DNA from: Antedon mediterranea
Taxonomy: Eukaryota; Animalia; Echinodermata
Length of the DNA: 64,000 bases
NCBI RefSeq assembly: GCF_964355755.1
Contig: NC_092677.1
Span: 1,572,101 to 1,636,100 of the forward strand
Direction: 5' to 3'
Shown: positions 52,048 to 64,000 of the stretch, piece after piece
Layout: every line of letters begins with the position of its first letter
How positions within the stretch are numbered: the first letter of the stretch is position 1
Translations under genes and position numbers: made by a program
Notes under the pieces: model-generated
Databases searched by the model: none
Told to the model about the DNA's origin: nothing
The model's input: only the letters and a program-made list of their open reading frames with translations

Positions 52048-55000
52048 ATGTTTTCAAAAAATAGAAATGTTTGTTTCATCCTTTTTAACGGTACGTTAAA
52101 TGTTGATATGATGTGGGCCTACAGTATTATTAGTCCAATTGCTACCGTAATAGTTACTGATATTATTTTCACATTTCATTAACTTTCAGATCTGTTAGAA
52201 TAAATAATTAGTTTAATATTTGTAATTTTCTATTTCAGTTTTATTTAGTACATGTACTGGTGTGACTGTAATAATTGACAACTTGGACGATGTGATTGAA
52301 GGATCTGAAACAAGAATGATATGTAACTACAATCCTACAACTGGTAGCACTATTATCATAACATGGAGTAATGTCACAGGAGGGGCATCTGAACCTATAG
52401 CAACAACTGTGGGTGCAACTAAAACAGTGCAGCCTGACTACATTGGTATCTTTACTCTTGACCCAAATGATGATAGAGTTCTTGTGATTGCTAACACTTT
52501 ACGTTGTTACAGTGGTGATTATCAATGTGAGGTTAATAATCTTGATAATCCTCCAATTGACAGCGATGTAGTTACTCTGAATGTTATATGTAAGTTCATT
52601 TTATTGTGCAGGCACTAAAATTATCTTTCTTGTGAAATTTAGAAAATTACGAATAGGAATATTAACTGTATTTTGATTACCTTTATTGCTTCTTAAAATA
52701 TGTTTGTCTTTTTTAACAAGCTTTAGCCTAAAGATGAAATAATTAAGCCTACTAATTTACTTTTTGTGGTTTAGTTTACGATTGTGGCTATTAATGCGTA
52801 ATGACTGATGATGTCAATTACTTGATATTTGAGCATGTTATTTAGGCCCACACTAAATATAATCTTTACTAATATGTATGATATGTAATCATTTGAGTAT
52901 CTCATTCTTGACTTACAGATATAGAGGACCCAGTATTAAGTTTTACTACACCTGTGAATGAAGGTGATCCAGTAGCATTGTCATGTGATGTCGTTTCCAA
53001 ACCAAACGCCCTGTTCACATTTAAGAAGGATGGATCAGTGTTACAGCAAGGAGGCTTGTCTACTTACACGTTCACCGCGGATCGGAACGATCAAGGAAGT
53101 TATACGTGTGAGGCAAGTAACACTGCTAGTACTAAAGCTACTGCTGGTCAGGTTTTAGATGTGTATTGTAAGTTTGCGCCTCTATATCATTCACATTTAA
53201 CTAAAACCCTAAAGAATAATCTCTGCATTAAACTTTGTTTAAACTCAAATGTAACTGTAATCTATATATTATAATTTAACTGTAATCTAGATTATAATTT
53301 AACTGTAATCTATAGATTCTAATTTAACTGTTAATTGTATTAGTTATGAATGTGTACTGAAATGTCAAACTATAAAGATATGATGTGTGATGGACGTGTG
53401 CAAGGGATTAAAACAGCAATTTAAAGAAACTCAAAACATTATTCTGCATAACTACTTTTTTTAAAGGGGAAGGGGTTGCAGTGCTTTTATAGAAAAAAAA
53501 ATTCCAATAACAATTATTTTAACTTATAATTAGTCGCTCCTGAAGTTACACCACTAGAAGACATTGAAGTTTCCCGAGGAGAAACTGTTGTGATAAGCTT
53601 TGACGTAGAGGCCAGACCTGCTGCTAACTATGATTGGTCATCACAAGGAGCAACTGACATTGATAACGACCCAGAAACATTCACATTTGTTGCTTCAAAC
53701 ACCATTGGTGATGTATATACTGTGACGTTGAATGCAAGTAATAAGGTGGCAGCAAGACAGAGTACAGTACAAGTCACTGTTGTAGGTAAGATCATGGAAA
53801 TAACAAGTCTATCAACAATGTTTTCATATACAAAAGTAATGTTTAAATTTTGTTCTGCCATCGAATCTATGTTTATTTTCATAGAACGATTGTAATCAGA
53901 ATTTGTAATAAAAGTTCATATTCCTCAATAAAATTACCTTATTTCAACCATGGAGAAAATTCGTTCATGTTTCAACTTTCAACTCAACAGATTCACATGC
54001 AACTACCAAACAAATATTTATTTCTATTTTAAAAGATTATTTATTTAACGATAATGTTGAAATAAAACAGTTACATTTTTAATTTATTTATTTATATTCA
54101 GCTTAGTTTATTTTGTAGTGATTTTTCACTTTCAACACAAACTTTGCTTTTAGAAAGCTATGCTTCATTCATTACTTATCTTTTATCTAAGAAATTGTAT
54201 TTTGTTGTTGTTGTGCAAGAAAAAACATCAACAATAACATTATTAACATCCACATTGAGTATCACATATCAATTCAGGTTTATATAGTTTCGATTTGAGA
54301 TATGGTTTTAAAAAATACAAAAATACTTTGGGAGGTATTAATAGCGATGTTAAATGTAGGTTATCCGTTACTAGCAATATTTTTGTTACTTTGCATGTTT
54401 CCATATATATATATATATATATCCTTTTTCAGAAAAGAATACACAAACTGTAAAAGTAGGACCTGATACAGTAAAAGTTGGCAAAAACGCAAAAATGACG
54501 TGTAACTATACAGTTGATTTAGGAGATTCATTGCTTCAACTTGACTGGTATAAAGCCGACGATGACGGCAATGAAATAGACAATGCTCTAGTGTCTAATA
54601 CAGGAAAAACGATCAAGGGTCGTTATACATTGTCTGTCGATAATGATCTTATAATAACCAATGTTGAAGTAAATGATGACGGTAATTATCTGTGCAAAAT
54701 TAAAACAGTTCTTGGACTATATGCCAGTGACAACAATACACTTACAGTACAATGTAAGTACTTCAAAATTCGTCAGCTACTAAATACTCCATATCTGCCA
54801 ATTATTTAGGCCCATATTCATGGATTGCCAAGTGAGAAAATCGACAGAGATGTGGCAATGCGTGTCACAGGACAAACACAAGATGCTCGTATCTGTTGTA
54901 CAATGTTTATGAAAGTGGAGTTTAAACACTTGTGTATGCACAATTGTCTATTGTATACTACTGGGTATACTACTTGGGTGCTTATACAAATAATTTACGC

Positions 55001-56593
55001 TCGCTAATTAGACGAATAGTTTAAACCCTAAAACTTTTATTATTTATTTTATTCTATGTCTTTAGGCAATGTGGCCAAGGATTACTATTTTTAAACGAAT
55101 AAGCCTAATTCTATTGACTAAAATTGTGGTATAAATTTAATTTTGAATTACAGACCTAGAAGTACCTGTTCTAAATCCAACTGATATATTCGTGAAGAAA
55201 ACGAAAATGGCAACTTTCACATGTAATTTGCCGTCTGGTATTCCAGCACCAATTAACATGACGTGGATGAAAGATTGCGACATATTAGATGTGTCTGATA
55301 CAGATAAATATCCACAGTCTAGTACGACATTTATAATTAGTAATGTAAATGAAATAGACGAAGGGATTTATAAGTGTAGAGCTGAGAATTTTGCCTACAG
55401 CGGAACGGAAGGAAAGCAGAGCAATACAGGTAAACTCTGTAAGTACAAAATGAAAGTTTCTTTAGTAGTAATAGAACGAGACAAATAAGCGAAAGAATAA
55501 ATGCGAGCGAGATAACTTGATTGGTTTTTTGTAGTATTAGAATTGAGCTAATTTTGAGCTGTAGAATTGTGAAGACCGAGCCCTGTAATATCAATGTTAA
55601 TTCCTTGTGGGCGGTGCTACACAAGTTTTTGTTTCTAAAAACAAAGAATACTCAGACTGATCTGATGTAATGAAAACCACTGAATTTTTTAGTCTATATA
55701 GTTCACTATGTCGGTCGGTCGGTTTGTCTGTCGGTCTGTCGGTTTGTCTGTCGGTCCGGTATCACTATGCGTTTTAGCACGCGACTTATGGCTGTTGGCC
55801 TTGCTTTTTCTTAGTTTTAAGCAGAGAAGATGAACATAAGCACTCAACTGGACTTCTTGTTGGAATGACGTTTGTCGGTGTGTTTATTGGATGTATGTTA
55901 AGTCTGCTTACATTCTCCGTTATCAAAAAACTAAGGCCGGCAAAGGTACATGTAAGTTGAGATTAATTTATTTTACACTTGCTAATGTCTAACCATCACA
56001 TTTATTGTATATTAATTATGTGTGAGTCGCATTTTATAACAGTGTTCATTTGTTTGTTTAAGGTATCTTTATCAAAAAATGACAACCAATCAGGGGTAAG
56101 GAAAGATCAAGTGATTGTTTGTCTATTTTAAAGTTTCAATCAGGCTTTAATATCTCTTTTTTACCGTGAAATACATCATATTTAATATCATTATTATCAT
56201 GCATATATTATATTGATTTTATATTGCTATTTTACATATGTGTATAAAATAAAACCCACGAAAGAAAACAAAAAGCGTTATGGTTAGAATCATAAACGAT
56301 GTCAGCATTTAATCACTCATTATTAGACCATCAATTTGGTAAGCAGAACTACCATTTATATACAAAAAACCTTATAAAATATTACATTATAGACCCAATG
56401 TGGAGACTGTTTAACAATCAGCGCAAAAACAATCAATATTATTTTCTTCCTCAAATTGTTATAATACATGATGTTATTTTTATTGTAGGAATACACAACT
56501 TATATTGGTGAGATGAATCAAGGTACCAGTCACACGTACGAAGAATTGCAGAAAAAGGATACAAATCAAGTATACGAGAATGTAAAAACTTAG
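52048..56593 (+). CDS. Gene B2: intact 5-Ig-domain type I receptor with ITAM-like tail (~589 aa), 9 exons
   Basis: Exons: 52048-52090 (MFSKNRNVCFILFN), 52239-52589 (V), 52919-53167 (I), 53534-53785 (Cys-less Ig-like), 54433-54753 (V), 55154-55438 (I), 55815-55945 (TM), 56063-56095, 56489-56593 (EYTTYIGEMNQGTSHTYEELQKKDTNQVYENVKT*). Total 1770 nt, all AG/GT, no internal stop. Confidence 0.85.
55686..55803 (+). mobile_element. Short derivative of the 42981-43781 DINE-like element, just upstream of the B2 TM exon acceptor
   Basis: TATAGTTCACTATGTCGGTCGG...GCACGCGACTTATGGCTGTTGGCCTTG; absent in B1 (21901-21920). Confidence 0.8.
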
Positions 56594-57294
56594 AGAGAGA
56601 GAGAGAAAATAAATATAGTTTAATTTAAAACGAACTTACAGAACATATCCAAACAATTAGACTAAAGAAAAACCTATATTCAACAGCTTAGAAAACGGAA
56701 ATCACAATGCCATGTTAGAATGATAACTAACCAAACAACTTAGAAATAACGTATTACTCAGACATGAGTATATTTTGCAAGCAAGCAATAGTCGTAATAT
56801 ATAGAGTTACGTTACGATTCTAAAAGATGACAACATTTTTCTACACGATAATGAACTAGTCCAACCCGCCCCTCGTCACCTATGCCAAAGTAAAACTGTT
56901 GTGTTCTTTTATTGTAATAATGTAGGCTACTGTTAGACGTAAGCTTTCAATTTTAGAAATTGCTTACTGTTAGGCCAGATTATTATGTCTCATGTGCAAC
57001 TTTCCAACTCAAATTCACAATATACCAGGTAAACTCAATGCTATTGCTTTGTTATTAAAATACATGGGAATTTTGAATGTGCATTAGCTTTGTTTCGTTT
57101 CGTCATTATTTTGACAATACTGCATAATAATGAAATGATAATATAAATAATAATTCGATATTCGGTATTTTTATCAGTAATAATCTGTGACGATGCAGCT
57201 AGAAATTTTCTAAAAATATCATATAAAATAATTCTTAAATACAAATAATGTTCTTTTAAAGCAAAACAATCTTACCTTCATTTAAAGGCAAAAA

Positions 57295-57695
57295 TCCAAT
57301 TAATATCCAATAGTAATACATCCATAGGCAAACTGGTAAAATAAAATCCAAGTAATATATCCATAGGCAAACTGTTAAAATAAAATCCAAGTAATATATC
57401 CATAGGCAAACTGGTAAAATAAAATCCAAGTAATATATCCATAGGCAAACTGGTAAAATAAAATCCAAGTAATATATCCACAGGCAAACTGGTAAAATAA
57501 AATCCAAGTAATATATCCACAGGCAAACTGGTAAAATAAAATCCAAGTAATACATCCATAGGCAAACTGGTAAAATAAAATCCAAGTAATATCCACAAGC
57601 AAACTGGTAAAATAAAATCCAAGTAATATCCACAAGCAAACTGGTTAAATAAAATCCAAGTAATATCCACAAGCAAACTGGTTAAATAAAACCCA
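57295..57695. repeat. 39-bp minisatellite (paralog of 23710-24172)
   Basis: Same unit, with 36-bp variants at the 3' end. Confidence 0.9.
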
Positions 57696-58020
57696 ATATA
57701 TAAATTCAATTCAATTTCTTTATTGCTGCAACTGGCAATTTGGTAAAATACATCAAAGTATTAAAATATATCCACCGGTGAACTGGTAAGATAAATCCAA
57801 GTCGTTCACAGGCAAACTGGTAACATAAAAAGTAGAATATCCACAGGTAAAATGGTATCATATTGACTTCTTGAATCCAATGACAAATACACATACAAAT
57901 TGTGAATAAAACAGATAGGCCGCTTACTAACAAACACAACGAGTAAGTAAACTCTTGTATTTATTAGTAGAAACACTCACTGCTACAAATCAAAGTATAT
58001 ATAGTACCATCTTACTGAGC

Positions 58021-59109
58021 GGGTGTGTCACGAAACCTCAGACCACGAAAGCTCAGACCCCCTAAGACCTAAGATCACGAAAGCTAAGACCCAACACCTA
58101 AGATTACAAATATTTATCTTTCGCACCTGCCTTGTATTTTAACTCCTAACATTTATTCTGAATACCACACCTTAGAATTGGCACTTTCATGAAAAAGAAT
58201 CACATAAAAAGTAATAAATACATTTTTAAATTGATGATTTTACAGACGTTTTTCTCGCACACAAATGACTAGCCTACAGTACAGTAGGCCTACCCCATGG
58301 GCCATGTTCAATGTTTTTGTTTCTATGGAACGTCAAAAGAGCAAAAATTATATAGAGGGCTGAAAACTCTGTGGAGTCCATCTCTACAGTGTGGATGGAA
58401 CAATGTAAAATTAAAATTGTAATGATAATAGTATAATCATGCAAGTACGAAGAAATAAATACTGGCAAATAAATTTTAATTTAAAAATCATGATAAGTTT
58501 TTTTGTTTCGTTTTCTTTCTGTTTTTATACTTGTACTATTATTGTTGCTCTTTTGGCGCTCCATAGAAACAAAAACATTGAGCATGGGGAGCTCGAGGAG
58601 TTACATTGTCATTACAGTATACAAAGAAACACATCTGTAAAATCATCAATTTAAAGGATTTATTTATTTGTTATTATGTGTTTCTCCTTCTGAAAGTACT
58701 TATAAGTCCTAATTTTAAAGTGTGGTGTTCAGGATAAAGTTAGTCAACAAATTTGGAGTCAAAATACAAGAAAAGCAGGTGCGTAAGAAAAACATCCTCT
58801 GAAGCAACACAATGGAGTAAATATATACCAACAAACAACCCGTCAAGTTTGTTTGTTGTAAAGAAAAAATATACATTTACTCAACGGGCGAAAATAATGT
58901 GAGTTTATCTATGTTTTTCGGTAGTATTAAATTATATTTATGGTAATAAATGAAACCTACTGTGTTTAAAATTATGTATGGATAAACAAGTATTGTTTTT
59001 AAGCTGTAGTATATCTTAGTATTTGTAATCTTAGGTGTTGGGTCTTAGCTTTCGTGATCTTAGGTCTTAGGGGGTCTGAGCTTTCGTGGTCTGAGCTTTC
59101 GTGACACCC
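58021..59109. mobile_element. Non-autonomous long-TIR DNA transposon (MULE-like)
   Basis: ~90-bp TIR GGGTGTGTCACGAAA...AGATTACAAATA; 10-bp TSD CTTACTGAGC (58011-58020 / 59110-59119); empty site at ~24404. Confidence 0.9.
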
Positions 59110-61209
59110 CTTACTGAGCATCAACTTGAATCGAAGTACTGTACCAGGAAAAGGAAAGCCAAGCCTTTGTGGTAGACATCTGTTTATGCAAAATGAACAA
59201 CGCAGTTCGAATACCATAAAGTGTGTTAACCTTAGAAACACTGGATTCTCGGTACTGTATATAAACGTAGATGTGCAATGATCGTTTTCCAGTCTGTCTG
59301 CGGCCTCTTGCGGAAGATCGAAAATTGTAGAGAAATCATTGTACACATAGGATGGTCCACCATGATGAGGAAGGCATCGCCAAGACTCTCAACAATAATT
59401 TAAAAAAAAAACCTTTCTGGCCTTGTATCTAAAATTCATAAACACCCTAGACCCCAACTAGACATTAACTTATTATTTTAAGGGTATTGTATCTTAAAAT
59501 AGTAAACTACACTTTAATAGTGGTTGGCGGTAGTGTAGATTTGCAGTTAAGTGTCCCTTTAATTGGGGTGTCATTTTAATAGTGGTTGGCTGTAGTATAG
59601 ATTTGCAAGATAGTGTTCCTTTAATAGGGATGTCCCTTTAATAGTGGTTGGCTGTAGTATAGATTTGCAGGATATTGTCCCTTTAATAGTGTGGTTGGCT
59701 GTTGTGTAGATTTGCAGTTAAGTGTTCCTTTAATTGGAGTGTCCCTTTAATAGTGGTTGGCCGTAGTATAGATTTGCAAGATAGTGTCCCTTTAATAAGG
59801 GTGTTCCAAAGGAGGGTCTACTGCACCAGTGTTCTTATATTGGTTATACATTGTTTCTCAATTCAAGAAAATTACATTTATAAATAAACCCGGAAAGACA
59901 TTTTAGATAGCACGCGATACCTAATAAGAACTATTTTATATGTTTTACGGTTATTTTTGGTTTAGTTGTTATAATTGGCATAAAGTGTCTTTTGTAAATG
60001 TGTCAAAGAAAGCAATACGCATGATATCTTGTGAAAACAACAACAAAAACGTATATGTTTGCTTATCAGTGATTTCACAACAGTGTAATGGGGGACAAAC
60101 TTGAAATATAACAGTAAAGTTGGTGTTTATTATTTCATTTTATGGATATTATATAAAAATGTCAAAGCTACCATATTTTGCAAGAATAGTTTTGCATTGT
60201 CTTCTTTTTTCAGATTTAAAAAAAGACAAGGCAAGACTATCCTTGCAAAATAATGCTTTTTCACTGAAAAATCCTTAATAAGTAAACATATATTACTACA
60301 CAAGTATATGTGTATATATACAAGGTGGTGAAAACAAGGGAAGTATTCAAGATTGCTTTCTTATATTTTGTAGACTATGGAGTCCGGAACACATTAACTC
60401 AAATAGTACCACAAATGTCTTACAAGAGGCACTCAAAACAGACATTATAGCAAGGCAATCTAAGTTGTTAGATTGCCGGATTGCCTTGACCATTGTAGCT
60501 TGGTTTCAATTCAATTCAATTCACATTTATTTACTCATCGTTTATAAATACAGTTTCATAGCATAAATGATGGCAAGGATCCTGCATAGAGAAGTTTACA
60601 CTTCTGTTTTCGCAGGACCCTTTTACATAAAAAACATAAAACAATAAACACAACAATAGATACAAAATTAAAAAAAAAACATTTCCTATATACATTTTAG
60701 AGTTGTTCATCATCAAAAAGCGATACTGTTTTTCTAACATGATTATTTATACATTTTGTCTTAAAAAAGAAGATATTCAGTTTATTACTTCCAGTACATG
60801 TGGATTCTTTCTATATATATTATAACAAAAGTATGAATACATATAATATAAAAGAGGCTATGTGTGTATACTCGCACACACCAACACAAATGCATAATAT
60901 ATGCATCTATATTTTATGAGTGAAGCATTTTAAGTTCTGTAATTCGATAAAATGTCTCTTTTTACATATTTTTTTAGTATTTTATAATTTTTGTTAACAA
61001 TATCTAAGTGAGTTTATAATCGATGTGTACAGTGGATATATTTTTGTCTTACAAATCATATCAGGAATGAACTTGTGCAGCTGAGCGCGTTTTAACAAAC
61101 ACATTGTTGACTATGGATCTACTTTAACAATAAACCTAACTAGTTACTATATTGAAAGGGATGTGTGTGTAAGAAATTGACGTATGACAACTAGGCCTCC
61201 AGTTAGGAA

Positions 61210-62375
61210 ATGTTTCCAGAAAACAAAGATATCTATTTGGTTACCTTCCTCATTCAAGGTAAGTACACAGTGACCAACTATACTACAACAGCACAACACC
61301 TTGGTTAGCTGTACCACTATTCTTTGTTTGATTAATAAATGGGGTAGATTTTTGGAAACCGAGCATTTACTGTATATTGACACTAGTACTACCGATTACA
61401 CATCACCTATTGGTCTATAGGGCTAAATCTTTCACGGAATGTTCACTATTTTTCGTACAATGTTATGCAAGACCTGCTATCAGAATCCTCAAATAGCTGA
61501 TTATATTCCACAAGTGTTTTTCTGCCATATTTTTAAATTGTGTTTTTATAAAATATATTCTTTAGAATTTTCTTTTTTTCTTGCTCTCCTAAGTTTCCTG
61601 CATATTAAAGTGTTCATCTTTGTGAAACGCTTTTGTATAGACGATACATTTTTTTAATAATAAAATTATATACATTTTTTAATTTAGTTTTATTCTGCAT
61701 TTGTTATGGAGTGTCTGTAAATATCAACAACTTAGATGATGTACACGAAGGCTCTGACACAAGAATGACATGTGCATATACAAGAGATAGTAGTACTAGT
61801 TCAAGTGACCCTATTGTGACATGGAATAAAATAATAAATGGAATAGCAGATAAAATATCAGCAACTCAAAGTGGATCTACAATCATAGAACCTTCGTACC
61901 AAGATAGATTTGGCGTTGATAGAGATGATGATAGAATTCTTGTGATTACTAACACGCTGCGAATTGACAGTGGCACATATCAATGTGAAGTTGTTATATT
62001 TGATGACCCACCAGTGGATGATGATACTGTGACATTAAATGTGATATGTACGTATACGGTTAAATTCAAATATTTGTATATAGATAGAGAGCTTGATTCT
62101 TCTTCTGTTATTACGTTATTATATACTTCATTATATAGTCATTGGTATATTTTTTAATTGTTTATAATACAGTTTTAAAATATTTTTGGAATGGAAAAAC
62201 ATTGTTTAGGCCTATCGCTAGACCGGTACCCAATATATTTCCTGTATTATTTCAGTGCAGAATGACTGTATAAATCACGCTTGTTCTAATGGAGGTTTTT
62301 GTACCCAGTCTTCTAGTTCTATAGGATACACGTGTTCCTGTCCAATGTGTTTCTTTGGACAATTGTGTGAAACTC
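61210..62375 (+). CDS. Gene A4 5' part: leader + V-Ig + first EGF (continues beyond the window)
   Basis: Leader 61210-61258 (MFPENKDIYLVTFLIQ); V 61688-62047 open; EGF 62256-62375 (QNDCINHACSNGGFCTQSSSSIGYTCSCPMCFFGQLCET). Confidence 0.8.
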
Positions 62376-62729
62376 GTGAGTTTTTTTATTTTCTATTATT
62401 GGAAAGTACTGTACATTACAAGCCAAATTATTCCTTTAAATCTTTTTAATTAAATAATTAAGAAAGTATATCAAATCTAGAAATGATCTTGGCGGGGTAG
62501 GTTATCCGCACAAGCGCGGTTTACACGTTGTACGTTAGAATATTCGCCCACAAATTGATAATGCTGAAATAAATATTATCTTTTTGTTTGCATAATTTCT
62601 ATTTTTGTGCCATATGATCCATATCCAGTACATATTTTATAACTACATACAGTGTAGCATAGAGGAAATTACCGGACCTACCTACATAGATGAAATTACC
62701 AGTTTTGTCTGCAAAAGTCGGTCCGGGAG

Positions 62730-63625
62730 GCGATTTTTTTTTTCGTACATAAGTTGGGGACCCCCCTCATGAAACGTCACAAAATAAACATGAATAATTC
62801 ATCAGTTAAATTTGTTGTTCCGTGTGCACCCAAGCGTATAGGAACAAGAAGCGATTACACAACTGCGATACGATACTTTCTAGGCCTAGGATTCTAAGTC
62901 AATTCACGCGATTGCCTTCGCGCACTCTTCTTCACACAAAATGTGTCGAGTCGAGGCTAATCGACAGCTAGGCAAGACATTAAACTAAGTAGTAATTCAT
63001 TGGACATAGCCCAAAGAAAGCTTAGACCCACAAGAATAAAGAATGTGTATAATTTGTGTACTGTATTTTTTTTAATTCTGCTATTTTATTATCAAACAAT
63101 GCATGTACTCAAAGGAACTTTAAAAATGCGCGTATATGAACACATGAGATGGGAAGATTAGACCCACGAGAATAAAAAATGTATTTTTGTGTAATGTTTA
63201 TTGTTTAATTTTGCTGACTTATTACTCGGATTGTGTCATACCTATAACACACACACACACACGCTCTACTAGAATAGACATATGTTTAGAGACTAATAAT
63301 TAGGCCTAGGCCTAATAGTATTAATAGAAACTATAATTTTAACACGTAATTCTTTAGTAATAAATTATATTAAAAACACTATCATAAACTAAAGGCTGAT
63401 TATTTAGACAATCCACACAAAACGCCGCTATTCTTCTATGAAATCGCTCGCCGCAACAACAGCGCGGAGATAGGCCTAGAATCGTACCGCACTTGTGTAA
63501 TCACTTCTTGTTGCTATACGCTTGGGTGCACACGGAACAAGAACATTTAACTGATGAATTATTCATGTTTATTTTGTGACGTTTCATGAGGGGGTCCCCA
63601 ACTTATGTACGAAAAAAAAAATCGC
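62730..63625. mobile_element. Non-autonomous long-TIR DNA transposon (MULE-like)
   Basis: >100-bp TIR GCGATTTTTTTTTTCGTACATAAGTTGGGGACCCCC...; 9-bp TSD GTCCGGGAG (62721-62729 / 63626-63634); empty site at ~41905. Confidence 0.92.
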
Positions 63626-64000
63626 GTCCGGGAGACCATTTAATGGCTTCAAAATCGGTCCGGCCGAACACATTTTTGCCGCAAAAAGCTGGTCCGGCCT
63701 GGATAAAATCGGTCCAGGCAGTAGGACATTTTGGCTACCAAAAGTGGTACCGTCTTAAAAATATATGGTGCTATAATGTATATATCATTCAAAAAAGGCC
63801 ATAGGCCAGAGATGTCAGGGTAATGTATACCAGGAGGAATTTTATAAAAAATGATATTAGTAAAAATGTTATTACATATTAATCGTCTAATAGTTGCAGA
63901 TACGTTTCAATTCCGTTCAATTTAATGTTGATGCTTTTAACCTCATCTTCCAGTAAGGAATAGTTAGTGTTAAACTGCTTCAGTTCAGTGTTGTGTGTGA

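Larger units (their letters stand above)
40190..64000. other. Second copy of a large tandem segmental duplication (A-B-A block; first copy ~6245-30200)
   Basis: Collinear anchors 8501/40853, 13926/48050, 18755/52919, 22986/56489, 27852/61688, with shared intergenic repeats. Confidence 0.85.

Overview
AT-rich eukaryotic genomic DNA with GT-AG introns. It is probably a marine invertebrate deuterostome such as an echinoderm, but that is inference from repeat style and cannot be proven here. The whole window is a + strand tandem cluster of immunoglobulin-superfamily genes whose extracellular domains are each encoded by one phase-1 exon. Family A = signal peptide + V-type Ig + EGF array. A1 (6430-14274) is apparently intact and secreted with 14+1 EGFs, A2 (26236-32893) has a TM and a Tyr-containing tail, A3 (40385-48396) is a pseudogene, and A4 (61210-end) is truncated by the window. 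Family B = signal peptide + 5 Ig-like domains + TM + ITAM-like tail. B1 (17798-23090) has a stop right after the TM and B2 (52048-56593) is intact. Three degenerate relatives share the B-type TM/tail module (977-1518, 2719-5368, 34131-37213). The A-B-A block is duplicated at about 32-34 kb offset, with recombinant junctions. Interspersed are LINE fragments, a Helitron, DINE/Helentron-like elements, MULE-like MITEs with 9-10 bp TSDs, tRNA-Val-derived copies and several minisatellites. The main hypotheses are an undescribed immune/allorecognition-type receptor complex (signalling, tailless and secreted forms sharing one V-domain family) and an EGF array whose extra cysteines suggest module-to-module disulfide chaining. 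Exon models were read by eye from splice signals and paralog comparison; no expression data are available.
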